A stretch of 64,000 nucleotides of DNA. Origin: Eledone cirrhosa (taxonomy: Eukaryota). Positions 1-12,269 of the stretch are shown here, one piece after another (position 1 is the stretch's first letter; each line of letters opens with the position of its first letter). The stretch is taken from NCBI GenBank assembly GCA_964016885.1, contig OZ024745.1:64418001-64482000 (forward strand), read 5' to 3'. The notes under the pieces are model-generated. The model was not told the DNA's origin. It did no database searches and worked only from the letters and a program-made list of their open reading frames with translations. The translations under genes and the position numbers were made by a program.

Positions 1-924
1 AAAACGGAGCACCCAAATAAAAAACAGGGTACCCAAATAAAAAACGGGGCACCCAAATAAAAAACGGGGCACCCAAATAAAAAAACGGACCCCCCCATAA
101 AAAAAACTGGGCACCCAAATAAAAAACGGACCCCCCATAAAAAAACGGGGCACCCAAATAAAAAACGGGGTACCCAAATAAAAAACGGACCCTCCCCCAT
201 ATAAAAACGGGTCACCCAAATAAAAAACGGACCCCCCCATAAAAGAACGGGGCACCCAAATAAAAAACGGACCACCGCATAAAAAAACGGGGCACCCAAA
301 TAAAAAACGGACCCCCCCATAAAAGAACGGGGCACCCAAATATAAAACGGACTCCCCCATGAAAAAACGGGGCACCCAAATAAAAAACGGACACCCCCAT
401 AAAAAACGGGGCACCCAAATAAAAAACGGGGTACCCAAATAAAAAACGGACCCCCCCATAAAAAAACAGGGCACCCAAATAAAAAACTGAGCCCCCCCAT
501 GAAAAAACGGGGCACCCAAATAAAAAACGGGGTACACAAATGAAAAACGCCCCCCCATAAAAAAACGTGGCACCCAAATAAAAAACGGGGTACCCAAATA
601 AAAAACGGACCCCCCATAAAAAAATGGGGCACCCAAATAAAAAACGGACCCCCCCATAAATAAACCGGGCACCCAAATAAAAAACGGGGTACCCAAATAA
701 AATACGGACCCCCCCATAAAAACACGGGTCACCCAAATAAAAAACGGACCCCCCCATAAAAAACGGGGCACCCAAATAAAAAACGGGGTACCCAAATAAA
801 AAAAAGACCCCCCCCATAAAAAAACGAGGCACCCAAATAAAAAACGGGGTACCCAAATAAAAAACGGGGCACCCAAATAAAAAACGGGGCACCCAAATAA
901 AAAACGGGGCAACCAAATAAAAAA

Positions 925-2104
925 TGGATCCCATAAATAAAAAATGGATCACCCAAATAAAAAATGGATCCCATAAATAAAAAATGGATCACCCAAATAA
1001 AAAATGGATCACCCAAATAAAAAAAGGGATCCCCCAAATAAAAAATGGATCACCCAAATAAAAAATGGATCACCCAAATATAAAATGGATCACTCAAATA
1101 AAATATGGATCACCCAAATAAAAAATGGATCACCCAAATAAAAAATGGATGCCCCAAATAAAAAATGGATCACCCAAATAAAAAATGGATCACCCAAATA
1201 AAAAATGGATCCCCCAAATAAAAAATGGATCACCCAAATAAAAAATGGGTCACCCAAATAAAAAATGGATCACCCAAATAAAAAATGGATCCCCCAAATA
1301 AAAAATGGGTCACCCAAATAAAAAATGGATCACCCAAATAAAAAATGGATCCCCCAAATAAAAAATGGATCCCCCAAATAAAAAATGGATCCCACAAATC
1401 AAAAATGGATCACCCAAATAAAAAATGGATCTCCCAAATAAAAAATGGATCACCCAAATAAAAAATGGATCCCACAAATAAAAAATGGATCCCCCAAATA
1501 AAAAATGGATCACCCAAATAAAAAATGGATCCCCCAAATAAAAAATGGATCACCGAAATAAAAAATGGATCACCCAAATAAAAAATGGATCCCCCAAATA
1601 AAAAATGGATCCCCCAAATAAAAAATGGATCACCCAAATAAAAAATGGATCACCCAAATAAAAAATGGATCCCCTAAATAAAAAATGGACCACCCAAATA
1701 AAAAATGGATCCCCCAAATAAAAATTGGATCCCCCAATTAAAAAATGGATCACCCAAATAAAAAATGGATCACCCAAATAAAAAATGGATCCCCCAAATA
1801 AAAAATGGATCCACCAAATAAAAAATGGATCACCCAAATATAAAATGTATCACCCAAATAAAAAATGGATCCCCCAAATAAAAAATGGATCACCCAAATA
1901 AAAAATGGATTCCCCAAATAAAAAATGGATCTCCCAAATAAAAAATGGATCACCCAAATAAAAAATGGATCCCCCAAATAAAAAATGGATCCCCAAAATA
2001 AAAAATGGATCACCCAAATAAAAAATGGATCACCCAAATAAAAAATGGATCCCCCAAATAAAAAATGATCACCCATATAAAAAGTGAATCCCCCAAATAA
2101 AAAA
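925..2104 (+). repeat. Representative family A domain (TGGATC[A/C]CCCAAATAAAAAA)n, A-rich orientation
   Basis: About 59 monomers, nearly all with a GATC core; only one CpG-bearing variant seen (caccgaaata at ~1551). Confidence 0.95.
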
Positions 2105-3378
2105 TGGACCCCCCCATAAAAAACGGGGCACCCAAATAAAAAACGGGGTACCCAAATAAAAAACGGACCCCCCCATATAAAAACTGGGCACCCAAATAAA
2201 AAACGGGGTACCCAAATAAAACCGGACCCCCCCCGTAAAAAAAGGGGCACCCAAATAAAAAACGGGGTACACAAATGAAAAACGCCCTCCCCCATAAAAA
2301 AACGGGGCACCCAAATAAAAAACGGGGTACCCAAATAAAAAACGGACCCCCCATAAAAAAATGGGGCACCCAAATAAAAAACGGACCCCCCATAAAAAAA
2401 CCGGGCACCCAAATAAAGAACGGGGTACCCAAATAAAATACGGACCCCCATAAAAACACGGGTCACCCAAATAAAAAACGGACCCCCCATAAAAAAACGG
2501 GGCACCCAAGTAAAAAACGGGGTACCCAAATAAATAACGAACCCCCCCATAAAAAAACGAGGCACCCAAATAAAAAACGGGGTACCCAAATAAAAAACGG
2601 AGCACCCAAATAAAAAACGGGGCACACTAATAAAAAATGGATCCCCCAAATAAAAAATGGATCCCCCAAATAAAAAATGGATCACCCAAATAAAAAATGG
2701 ATCCCATAAATAAAAAATGGATCACCCAAATAAAAAATGGATCACCCAAATAAAAAATGGATCCCCCAAATAAAAAATGGATCACCCAAATAAAAAATGG
2801 ATCACCCAAATATAAAATGGATCCCTCAAATAAAAAATGGATCACCCAAATAAAAAATGGATCACCCAAATAAAAAATGGATGCCCCAAATAAAAAATGG
2901 ATCACCCAAATAAAAAATGGATCACCCAAATAAAAAATGGATCCCCCAAATAAGAAATGGATCACCCAAATAAAAAATGGATCACCGAAATAAAAAATGG
3001 ATCCGCCAAATAAAAAATGGATCCCCCAAATAAAAAATGGATCACCCAAATAAAGAATGGATCACCCAAATAAAAAAATGGATCACCCAAATAAAAAATG
3101 GATCACCCAAATAAAAAATGGATCACCCAAATAAAAAATGGATCCCCCAAATAAAAAATGGATCCCCCAAATAAAAAATGGATCACCCAAATAAAAAATG
3201 GATCACCCAAATAAAAAATGGATCCCCCAAATAAAAAATGGATCCCCCAAATAAAAAATGGACCCCCCAAATAAAAAATGGATCCCCCAAATAAAAAATG
3301 GATCCCCCAAATAAAAAATGGATCACCCAAATAAAAAATGGATCACCCAAATAAAAAATGAATCCCCCAAATAAAAAA

Positions 3379-4460
3379 TGGACCCCCCCATAAAAAATCG
3401 GTGCACCCAAATAAAAAACGGACCCCTCCATAAAAAAACGGGGCACCCAAATAAAAAACGGGGTACCCAAATAAAAAACGGACCCTCCCATAAAAAAACG
3501 GAGCACCCAAATAAAAAACAGGGTACCCAAATAAAAAACGGGGCACCCAAATAAAAAACGGGGCACCCAAATAAAAAAACGGACCCCCCCTAAAAAAACG
3601 GGGCACCCAAATAAAAAACGGACACCCCCATAAAAAACGGGGCACCCAAATAAAAAACGGGGTACCCAAATAAAAAACGGACCCTCCCCCATATAAAAAC
3701 GGGGCACCCAAATAAAAAACGGACCCCCCATAAAAGAACGGGGCACCCAAATAAAATACGGAAGCCGCATAAAAAAACGGGGCACCCAAATAAAAAACGG
3801 ACCCCCCCATAAAAGAACGGGACACCCAAATAAAAAACGGACCCCCCCATGAAAAAACGGGGCACCCAAATAAAAAACGGACACCCCCATAAAAAAACGG
3901 GGCACCCAAATAAAAAACGGGGTACCCAAATAAAAAACGGACCCCCCCCATAAAAAAACGGGGCACCCAAATAAAAAACGGGGTACCCAAATAAACAACG
4001 GACACCCCCATAAAAAACGAGGCACCCAAATAAAAAACGGGGTACCCAAATAAAAGACGGACCCCCCCATAAAAAAACGGGACACACAAATAAAGAACGA
4101 GGTACCCAAATAAAAAACGGACCCCCCCATAAAAAAACGGGTCACCCAAATAAAAAACGGGGTACCCAAATAAGAAACGGACCCCCCCATAAAAATACGG
4201 GTCACCCAAATAAAAAACGGGGTACCCAAATAAAAAACGGACCCTCCCCATAAAAAAACGGGGCACCCAAATAAAAAACGGACCCTCCCCATAAAAAAAC
4301 GGGGCACCCAAATAAAAAACGGACCCCACCATATAAAAACGGGGCACCCGAATAAAAAACGGGGTACCCAAATAAGAAACGGAACCCCCCGTAAAAAAAC
4401 GGGGCACCCAAATAAAAAACGGGGTACCCAAATAAAAAACGGGGCACCCAAATAAAAAAA
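3379..4460 (+). repeat. Representative family B domain: monomers B1 CGGGGCACCCAAATAAAAAA, B2 CGGGGTACCCAAATAAAAAA, B3 CGGACCCCCCCATAAAAAAA
   Basis: Same 20-bp frame as family A but C instead of T before GG and a different core; monomers ordered as B1-B2-B3 or B1-B3 (e.g. 3898-4000). Confidence 0.93.
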
Positions 4461-4524
4461 TGGATCACCCAAATAAAAAATGGATCCCCCAAATAAAAAA
4501 TGGTTCCGCCAAATAAAAAAGGGA

Positions 4525-5478
4525 TCCATTTTTTATTTGGGTGATCCATTCTTTATTTGGGTGATCCATTTTTTATTTGGGTGATCCATTTTTCATTTGG
4601 GTGATCCATTTTTTATTTGGGGGATCCATTTTTTATTTGGGGGATCCATTTTTTATTTGCGTGATCCATTTTTTATTTGGGGGATCCATTTTTTATTTGG
4701 GGGATCCATTTTTTATTTGGGTGATCCATTTTTTATTTGGGTGATCCATTTTTTATTTTGGGGATCCAGATTTTATTTGGGTGATCCATTTTTTATTTGG
4801 GGGATCCATTTTTTATTTGTGTGATCCATTTTTTATTTGGATGATCCATTTTTTATTTGGGGGATCCATTTTTTATTTGGGTGATCCATTTTTTATTTGG
4901 GGGATCCTTTTTTTATTTGGGGGATCCATTTTTTATTTGGGTGATCCATTTTTTATTTGGGTGATCCATTTTTTATTTGGGGGTTCCATTTTTTATTTGG
5001 GGGATCCATTTTTTATTTGGGGGATCCATTTTTTATTTGGGTGATCCATTTTTTATTTGGGTGATCCATTTTTTATTTGGGGGATCCATTTTTTATTTGG
5101 GTGATCCATTTTTTATTTGTGGGATCCATTTTTTATTTGGGTGATCCATTTTTTATTTGGGGATCCACTTTTTATTTGGGTGATCCATTTTTTATTTGGG
5201 TGATCCATATTTTAATTGGGGGATCCATTTTTTATTTGGGTGATCCATTTTTTATTTGGGTGATCCATTTTTTATTTGGGGGATCCATTTTTTATTTGGG
5301 TGATCCATTTTTTATTTGGGTGATCCATTTTTTATTTGGGGGATCTATTTTTTATTTGGGTTATCCATTTTTTATTTGGGTGATCCATTTTTTATTTGGG
5401 TGATCCATTTTTTATTTGGGGGATCCATTTTTTATTTGGGTGATCCATTTTTTATTTGGGTGATCCATTTTTTATTTG
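4525..5478 (-). repeat. Inverted family A cassette 1 (about 954 bp)
   Basis: Polarity flips at aaataaaaaagGGATCCattttttattt (GGATCC 4522-4527) and flips back at ttatttgatGGATCCccaaaataaaaa (GGATCC 5481-5486). Confidence 0.97.
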
Positions 5479-7125
5479 ATGGATCCCCAAAATAAAAATG
5501 GAACCCCCAAATAAAAAATGGATCCCTCAAATAAAAAATGAACCCCCCAAATAAAAAATGGATCCCCCAAATAAAAAATGGATCGCCCAAATAAAAAATG
5601 GATCACCCAAATAAAAAATGGATCACCCAAATAAAAAATGGATCCCCCAAGTAAAAAATGGATCACCCAAATAAAAAATGGATCCCCCAATTAAAAAATG
5701 GATCTCCCAAATAAAAAATGGATCACCCAAATAAAAAATGGATCCCCCAAATAAAAAATGGGTCACCCAAATAAAAAATGGATCACCCAAATAAAAAATG
5801 GATCCCCCAAATAAAAAATGGATCAGCCAAATAAAAAATGGATCACCCAAATAAAAAATGGATCCCCTAAATAAAAAATGGATCACCCAAATTAAAAATG
5901 GATCCCCCAAATAAAAAATGGATCACCCAAATAAAAAATGGATCACCCAAATAAAAAATGAATCCCCCAAATAAAAAATGGACCCCCCCATAAAAAATCG
6001 TCGCACCCAAATAAAAAACGGACCCCTCCATAAAAAAACGGGGCACCCAAATAAAAAACGGGGTACCCAAATAAAAAACGGACCCCCCCATAAAAAAACG
6101 GAGCACCCAAATAAAAAACAGGGTACCCAAATAAAAAACGGGGCACCCAAATAAAAAACGGGGCACCCAAATAAAAAAACGGACCCCCCTAAAAAAACGG
6201 GGCACCCAAATAAAAAACGGACACCCCCATAAAAAACGGGGCACCCAAACAAAAAACGGGGTACCCAAATAAAAAACGGACCCTCCCCCATATAAAAACG
6301 GGGCACCCAAATAAAAAACGGACCCCCCATAAAAGAACGGGGCACCCAAATAAAATACGGACCGCCGCATAAAAAAACGGGGCACCCAAATAAAAAACGG
6401 ACCCCCCCATAAAAGAACGGGACACCCAAATAAAAAACGGACCCCCCCATGAAAAAACGGGGCACCCAAATAAAAAACGGACACCCCCATAAAAAAACGG
6501 GGCACCCAAATAAAAAACGGGGTACCCAAATAAAAAACGGACCCCCCCCATAAAAAAACGGGGCACCCAAATAAAAAACGGGGTACCCAAATAGTAAACG
6601 GACACCCCCATAAAAAACGAGGCACCCAAATAAAAAACGGGGTACCCAAATAAAAGACGGACCCCCCCATAAAAAAACGGGACACACAAATAAAGAACGA
6701 GGTACCCAAATAAAAAACGGACCCCCCCATAAAAAAACGGGTCACCCAAATAAAAAACGGGGTACCCAAATAAGAAACGGACCCCCCCATAAAAAAAACG
6801 GGTCACCCAAATAAAAAACGGGGTACCCAAATAAAAAACGGACCCTCCCCATAAAAAAAAGGGGCACCCAAATAAAAAACGGACCCTCCCCATAAAAAAA
6901 CGGGGCACCCAAATAAAAAACGGACCTCCCCATATAAAAACGGGGCACCCGAATAAAAAACGGGGTACCCAAATAAAAAACGGAACCCCCCGTAAAAAAA
7001 CGGGGCACCCAAATAAAAAACGGGGTACCCAAATAAAAAACGGGGCACCCAAATAAAAAAATGGATCACCCAAATAAAAAATGGATCCCCCAAATAAAAA
7101 ATGGTTCCGCCAAATAAAAAAGGGA

Positions 7126-8119
7126 TCCATTTTTTATTTGGGTGATCCATTCTTTATTTGGGTGATCCATTTTTTATTTGGGTGATCCATTTTTCATTTG
7201 GGTGATCCATTTTTTATTTGGGGGATCCATTTTTTATTTGGGGGATCCATTTTTTATTTGCGTGATCCATTTTTTATTTGCGGGATCCATTTTTTATTTG
7301 GGGGATCCATTTTTTATTTGGGTGATCCCTTTTTTATTTGGGTGATCCATTTTTTATTTTGGGGATCCAGTTTTTATTTGGGTGATCCATTTTTTATTTG
7401 GGGGATCCATTTTTTATTTGTGTGATCCATTTTTTATTTGGGTGATCCATTTTTTATTTGGGGGATCCATTTTTTATTTGGGTGATCCATTTTTTATTTG
7501 GGGGATCCTTTTTTTATTTGGGGGATCCATTTTTTATTTGGGTGATCCATTTTTTATTTGGGTGATCCATTTTTTATTTGGGGGTTCCATTTTTTATTTG
7601 GGGGATCCATTTTTTATTTGGGGGATCCATTTTTTATTTGGGTGATCCATTTTTTATTTGGGTGATCCATTTTTTATTTGGGGGATCCATTTTTTATTTG
7701 GGTGATCCATTTTTTATTTGTGGGATCCATTTTTTATTTGGGTGATCCATTTTTTATTTGGGGATCCACTTTTTATTTGGGTGATCCATTTTTTATTTGT
7801 GTGATCCATATTTTATTTGGGGGATCCATTTTTTATTTGGGTGATCCATTTTTTATTTGGGTGATCCATTTTTTATTTGGGGGATCCATTTTTTATTTGG
7901 GTGATCCATTTTTTATTTGGGTGATCCATTTTTTATTTGGGGGATCCATTTTTTATTTGGGTTATCCATTTTTTATTTGGGTGATCCATTTTTTATTTGG
8001 GGGATCCATTTTTTATTTGGGGGATCCATTTTTTATTTGGGTGATCCATTTTTTATTTGGGGGATCCATTTTTTATTTGGGTGATCCATTTTTTATTTGC
8101 GTGATCCATTTTTTATTTG
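7126..8119 (-). repeat. Inverted family A cassette 2 (about 994 bp)
   Basis: Same two junction sequences (GGATCC at 7123-7128 and 8122-8127); entry junction is 2,601 bp from that of cassette 1. Confidence 0.97.
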
Positions 8120-10642
8120 ATGGATCCCCAAAATAAAAATGGAACCCCCAAATAAAAAATGGATCCCCCAAATAAAAAATGGATCACCCAAATAAAAAAT
8201 GGATCCCCCAAATAAAAAATTGATCACCCAAATAAAAAATGGATCACCCAAATAAAAAATGGATCCCCTAAATAAAAAATGGATCACCCAAATAAAAAAT
8301 GGATCCCCCAAATAAAAAATGGATCACCCATATAAAAAATGAATCCTCCAAATAAAAAATGGACCCACCCCATAAAAAATCGGTGCACCCAAATAAAAAA
8401 ACGGACCCCTCCATAAAAAACGGGGCACCCAAATAAAAAACGGGGTACCCAAATAAAAAACGGACCCCCCCATAAAAACACGGGTCACCCAAATAAAAAA
8501 CGGGGTACACAAATGAAAAACGCCCTCCCCCATAAAAAAACGGGGCACCCAAATAAAAAACAGGGTACCCAAATAAAAAACGGGGCACCCAAATAAAAAA
8601 CGGGGCACCCAAATAAAAAAACGGAACCCCCATAAAAAAAACTGGGCACCCAAATAAAAAACGGACCCCCCCATAAAAAAACGGGGCACCCAAATAAAAA
8701 ACGGCGTACCCAAATAAAAAACGGACCCTCCCCCATATAAAAACGGGGCACCCAAATAAAAAACGGCGTACCCAAATAAAAAACGGACCCTCCCCCATAA
8801 AAGAACGGGGCACCCAAATAAAAAACGGACACCCCCATAAAAAGACGGGGCACCCAAATAAAAAACGGGGTACCCAAATAAAAAACGGACCCCCCCATAA
8901 AAAAACGGGGCACCCAAATAATTAACTGAGCCCCCCCATAAAAAAACGGGGCACCCAAATAAAAAACGGGGTACACAAATGAAAAACGCCCCCCCATAAA
9001 AAAACGTGGCACCCAAATAAAAAACGGGGTACCCAAATAAAAAACGGACCCCCCATAAAAAAATGGGGCACCCAAATAAAAAACGGACCCCCCCATAAAT
9101 AAACCGGGCACCCAAATAAAAAACGGGGTACCCAAATAAAATACGGACGCCCCCATAAAAACACGGGTCACCCAAATAAAAAACGGACCCCCCCCATAAA
9201 AAAACGGGGCACCCAAATAAAAAACGGGGTACCCAAATAAAAAAAAGACCCCCCTATAAAAAAACGAGGCACCCAAATAAAAAACGGGGTACCCAAATAA
9301 AAAACGGGGCACCCAAATAAAAAACGGGGCACCAAAATAAAAAACGGGGCAACCAAATAAAAAACGGGGTACCCAAATAAAAAACGGACCCTCCCCATAA
9401 AAAAACGGGGCACCCAAATAAAAAACGGACCCCCCATATAAAAACGGGGCACCCGAATAAAAAACGGGGTACCCAAATAAAAAACGGACCCCCCGTAAAA
9501 AAACGGGGCACCCAAATAAAAAATGGATCTCCCAAATAAAAAATGGATCACCCAAATAAAAAATGGATCCCCCAAATAAAAAATGGATCACCCAAATAAA
9601 AAATGGATCACCCAAATGAAAAATGGATCCCCCAAATAAAAAACCGGGCACCCGAATAAAAAATGGATCCCCCAAATAAAAAATGGATCCTCCAAATAAA
9701 AAATGGATCCACCAAATAAAAAATGGATCCCCCAAATATAAAATGGATCCCCCAAATAAAAAATGGATCCCCCAAATAAAAAATGGATCACCCAAATAAA
9801 AAATGGATCCCCCAAATAAAAAATGGATCACCCAAATAAAAAATGGATCCCCCAAATAAAAAATGAATCCCCAAGTAAAAAATGGATCACCCAAATAAAA
9901 AATGGATCACCCAATTAAAAAATGGATCTCCCAAATAAAAAATGGATCACCCAAATAAAAAATGGATCCCCCAAATAAAAAATGGGTCACCCAAATAAAA
10001 AATGGATCACCCAAATAAAAAATGGATCCCCCAAATAAAAAATGGATCACCCAAATAAAAAATGGATCACCCAAATAAAAAATGGATCCCCTAAATAAAA
10101 AATGGATCACCCAAATAAAAAATGGATCCCCCAAATAAAAAATTGATCACCCAAATAAAAAATGGATCACCCAAATAAAAAATGGATCCCCTAAATAAAA
10201 AATGGATCACCCAAATTAAAAATGGATCCCCAAAATAAAAAATTGATCACCCAAATAAAAAATGGATCACCCAAATAAAAAATGGATCCCCCAAATAAAA
10301 AATGGATCACCCATATAAAAAATGGATCCCCCAAATAAAAAATGGATCACCCAAATAAAAAATGGATCACCCAAATAAAAAATGGATCCCCTAAATAAAA
10401 AATGGATCACCCAAATAAAAAATGGATCCCCCAAATAAAAAATTGATCACCCAAATAAAAAATGGATCACCCAATTAAAAAATGGATCCCCTAAATAAAA
10501 AATGGATCACCCAAATTAAAAATGGATCCCCAAAATAAAAAATTGATCACCCAAATAAAAAATGGATCACCCAAATAAAAAATGGATCCCCCAAATAAAA
10601 AATGGATCACCCATATAAAAAATGAATCCTCCAAATAAAAAA

Positions 10643-12269
10643 TGGACCCCCCCCCCATAAAAAATCGGTGCACCCAAATAAAAAACGGACCCGTCCATAA
10701 AAAAACGGGGCACCCAAATAAAATACGGGGTACCCAAATAAAAAACGGACCCCCCCATAAAAAAACGGAGCACCCAAATAAAAAACAGGGTACCCAAATA
10801 AAAAACGGGGCACCCAAATAAAAAACGGGGCACCCATATAAAAAAACGGACCCCCCATAAAAAAACGGGGCACCCAAATAAAAAACGGACCCCCCCATAA
10901 AAAAACGGGGCACGCAAATAAAAAACGGGGTACCCAAATAAAAAACGGACCCTCCCCCATATAAAAACGGGGCACCCAAATAAAAAACGGACCCCCCCAT
11001 AAAAGAACGGGGCACCCAAATAAAAAACGGACCACCGCATAAAAAAACGGGGCACCCAAATAAAAAACGGACCCCCCCATAAAAGAACGGGGCACCCAAA
11101 TAAAAAACGGACTCCCCCATGAAAAAACGGGGCACCCAAATAAAAAACGGACACCCAAATAAAAAAACGGGGCACCCAAATAAAAAACGGGGTACCCAAA
11201 TAAAAAACGGACCCCCCCATAAAAAAACGGGGCACCCAAATAAAAAACTGAGCCCCCCCATAAAAAACGGGGCACCCAAATAAAAAACGGGGTACACAAA
11301 TGAAAAACGCCCCCCCCCCCATAAAAAAACGTGGCACCCAAATAAAAAACGGGGTACCCAAATAAAAAACGGACCCCCCATAATAAAATGGGGCACCCAA
11401 ATAAAAAACGGACCCCCCCATAAATGAACCGGGCACCCAAATAAAAAACGGGGTACCCAAATAAAATACGGACCCCTCCATAAAAACACGGGTCACCCAA
11501 ATAAAAACCGTCCCCTCCATAAAAAAACGGGGCACCCAAATAAAAGACGGGGTACCCAAATAAAAAAAAGACCCCCCCATAAAAAAACGAGGCACCCAAA
11601 TAAAAAAAGGGGTACCCAAATAAAAAACGGGGCACCCAAATAAAAAACGGGGCACCCAAATAAAAAACGGGGCAACCAAATAAAAAACGGGGTACCCAAA
11701 TAAAAAACGGACCCTCCCCATAAAAAAACCGGGGCACCCAAATAAAAAACGGACACCCCATATAAAAACGGGGCACCCGAATAAAAAACGGGGTACCCAA
11801 ATAAAAAACGGACCCCCCCGTAAAAGAACGGGGCACCCAAATAAAAAACGGGGTACACAAATGAAAAACGCCCTCCCCCATAAAAAACGGGGTACCCAAA
11901 TAAAAAACGGACCCCCCATAAAAAAATGGGGCACCCAAATTAAAAACGGACCCCCCCCCATAAAAAAAACCGGGCACCCAAATAAAAAACGAGGTACCCA
12001 AATAAATAACGGACCCCCCCATAAAAAACGAGGCACCCAAATAAAAAACGGGGTACCCAAATAAAAAACGGGGCACCCAAATAAAAAACGGGACACCCAA
12101 ATAAAAAACGGGGCAACCAAATAAAAAACGGGGTACCCAAATAAAAAACGGACCCTCCCCATAAAAAAACGGGGCACCCAAATAAAAAACGGACCCCCCA
12201 TATAAAAACGGGGCACCCGAATAAAAAAAAGGGATACCCAAATAAAAAACGGACCCCCCCGTAAAAAAA
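10643..12269 (+). repeat. Longest family B domain (about 1.6 kb)
   Basis: Continuous B1/B2/B3 monomers. Shares private variants with 1-924 and 13288-14473, e.g. ggtacacaaatgaaaaacgcccc and cgtggcaccc; ggaccaccgcat is shared with 1-924. Confidence 0.9.

Larger units (their letters stand above)
3320..8150. repeat. About 2.6-kb higher-order tandem duplication (family B domain + inverted cassette + family A spacer)
   Basis: Markers recur at offset 2,600-2,601: gaatccccc 3360/5960, ggacacacaaataaagaacgaggtacc ~4080/6680, junction 4522/7123. ORF-track pairs 4202/6803, 4597/7198 and 5077/7678 give the same offset. Confidence 0.9.

Noticed and set aside
4461-4600. Inversions as sequencing fold-back or GATC-ligation chimeras
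   Set aside because: The two sides are not mirror images beyond about three monomers (family B on the left, family A on the right). The same mutated junctions recur four times in diverged copies, and there is no GATCGATC ligation signature. Read-level confirmation is still advisable.
4525-5478. Inverted cassettes as MITE or foldback transposons
   Set aside because: They have no distinct terminal inverted repeats, target-site duplications or non-satellite interior, and they are duplicated together with their flanks, which indicates tandem amplification rather than insertion.
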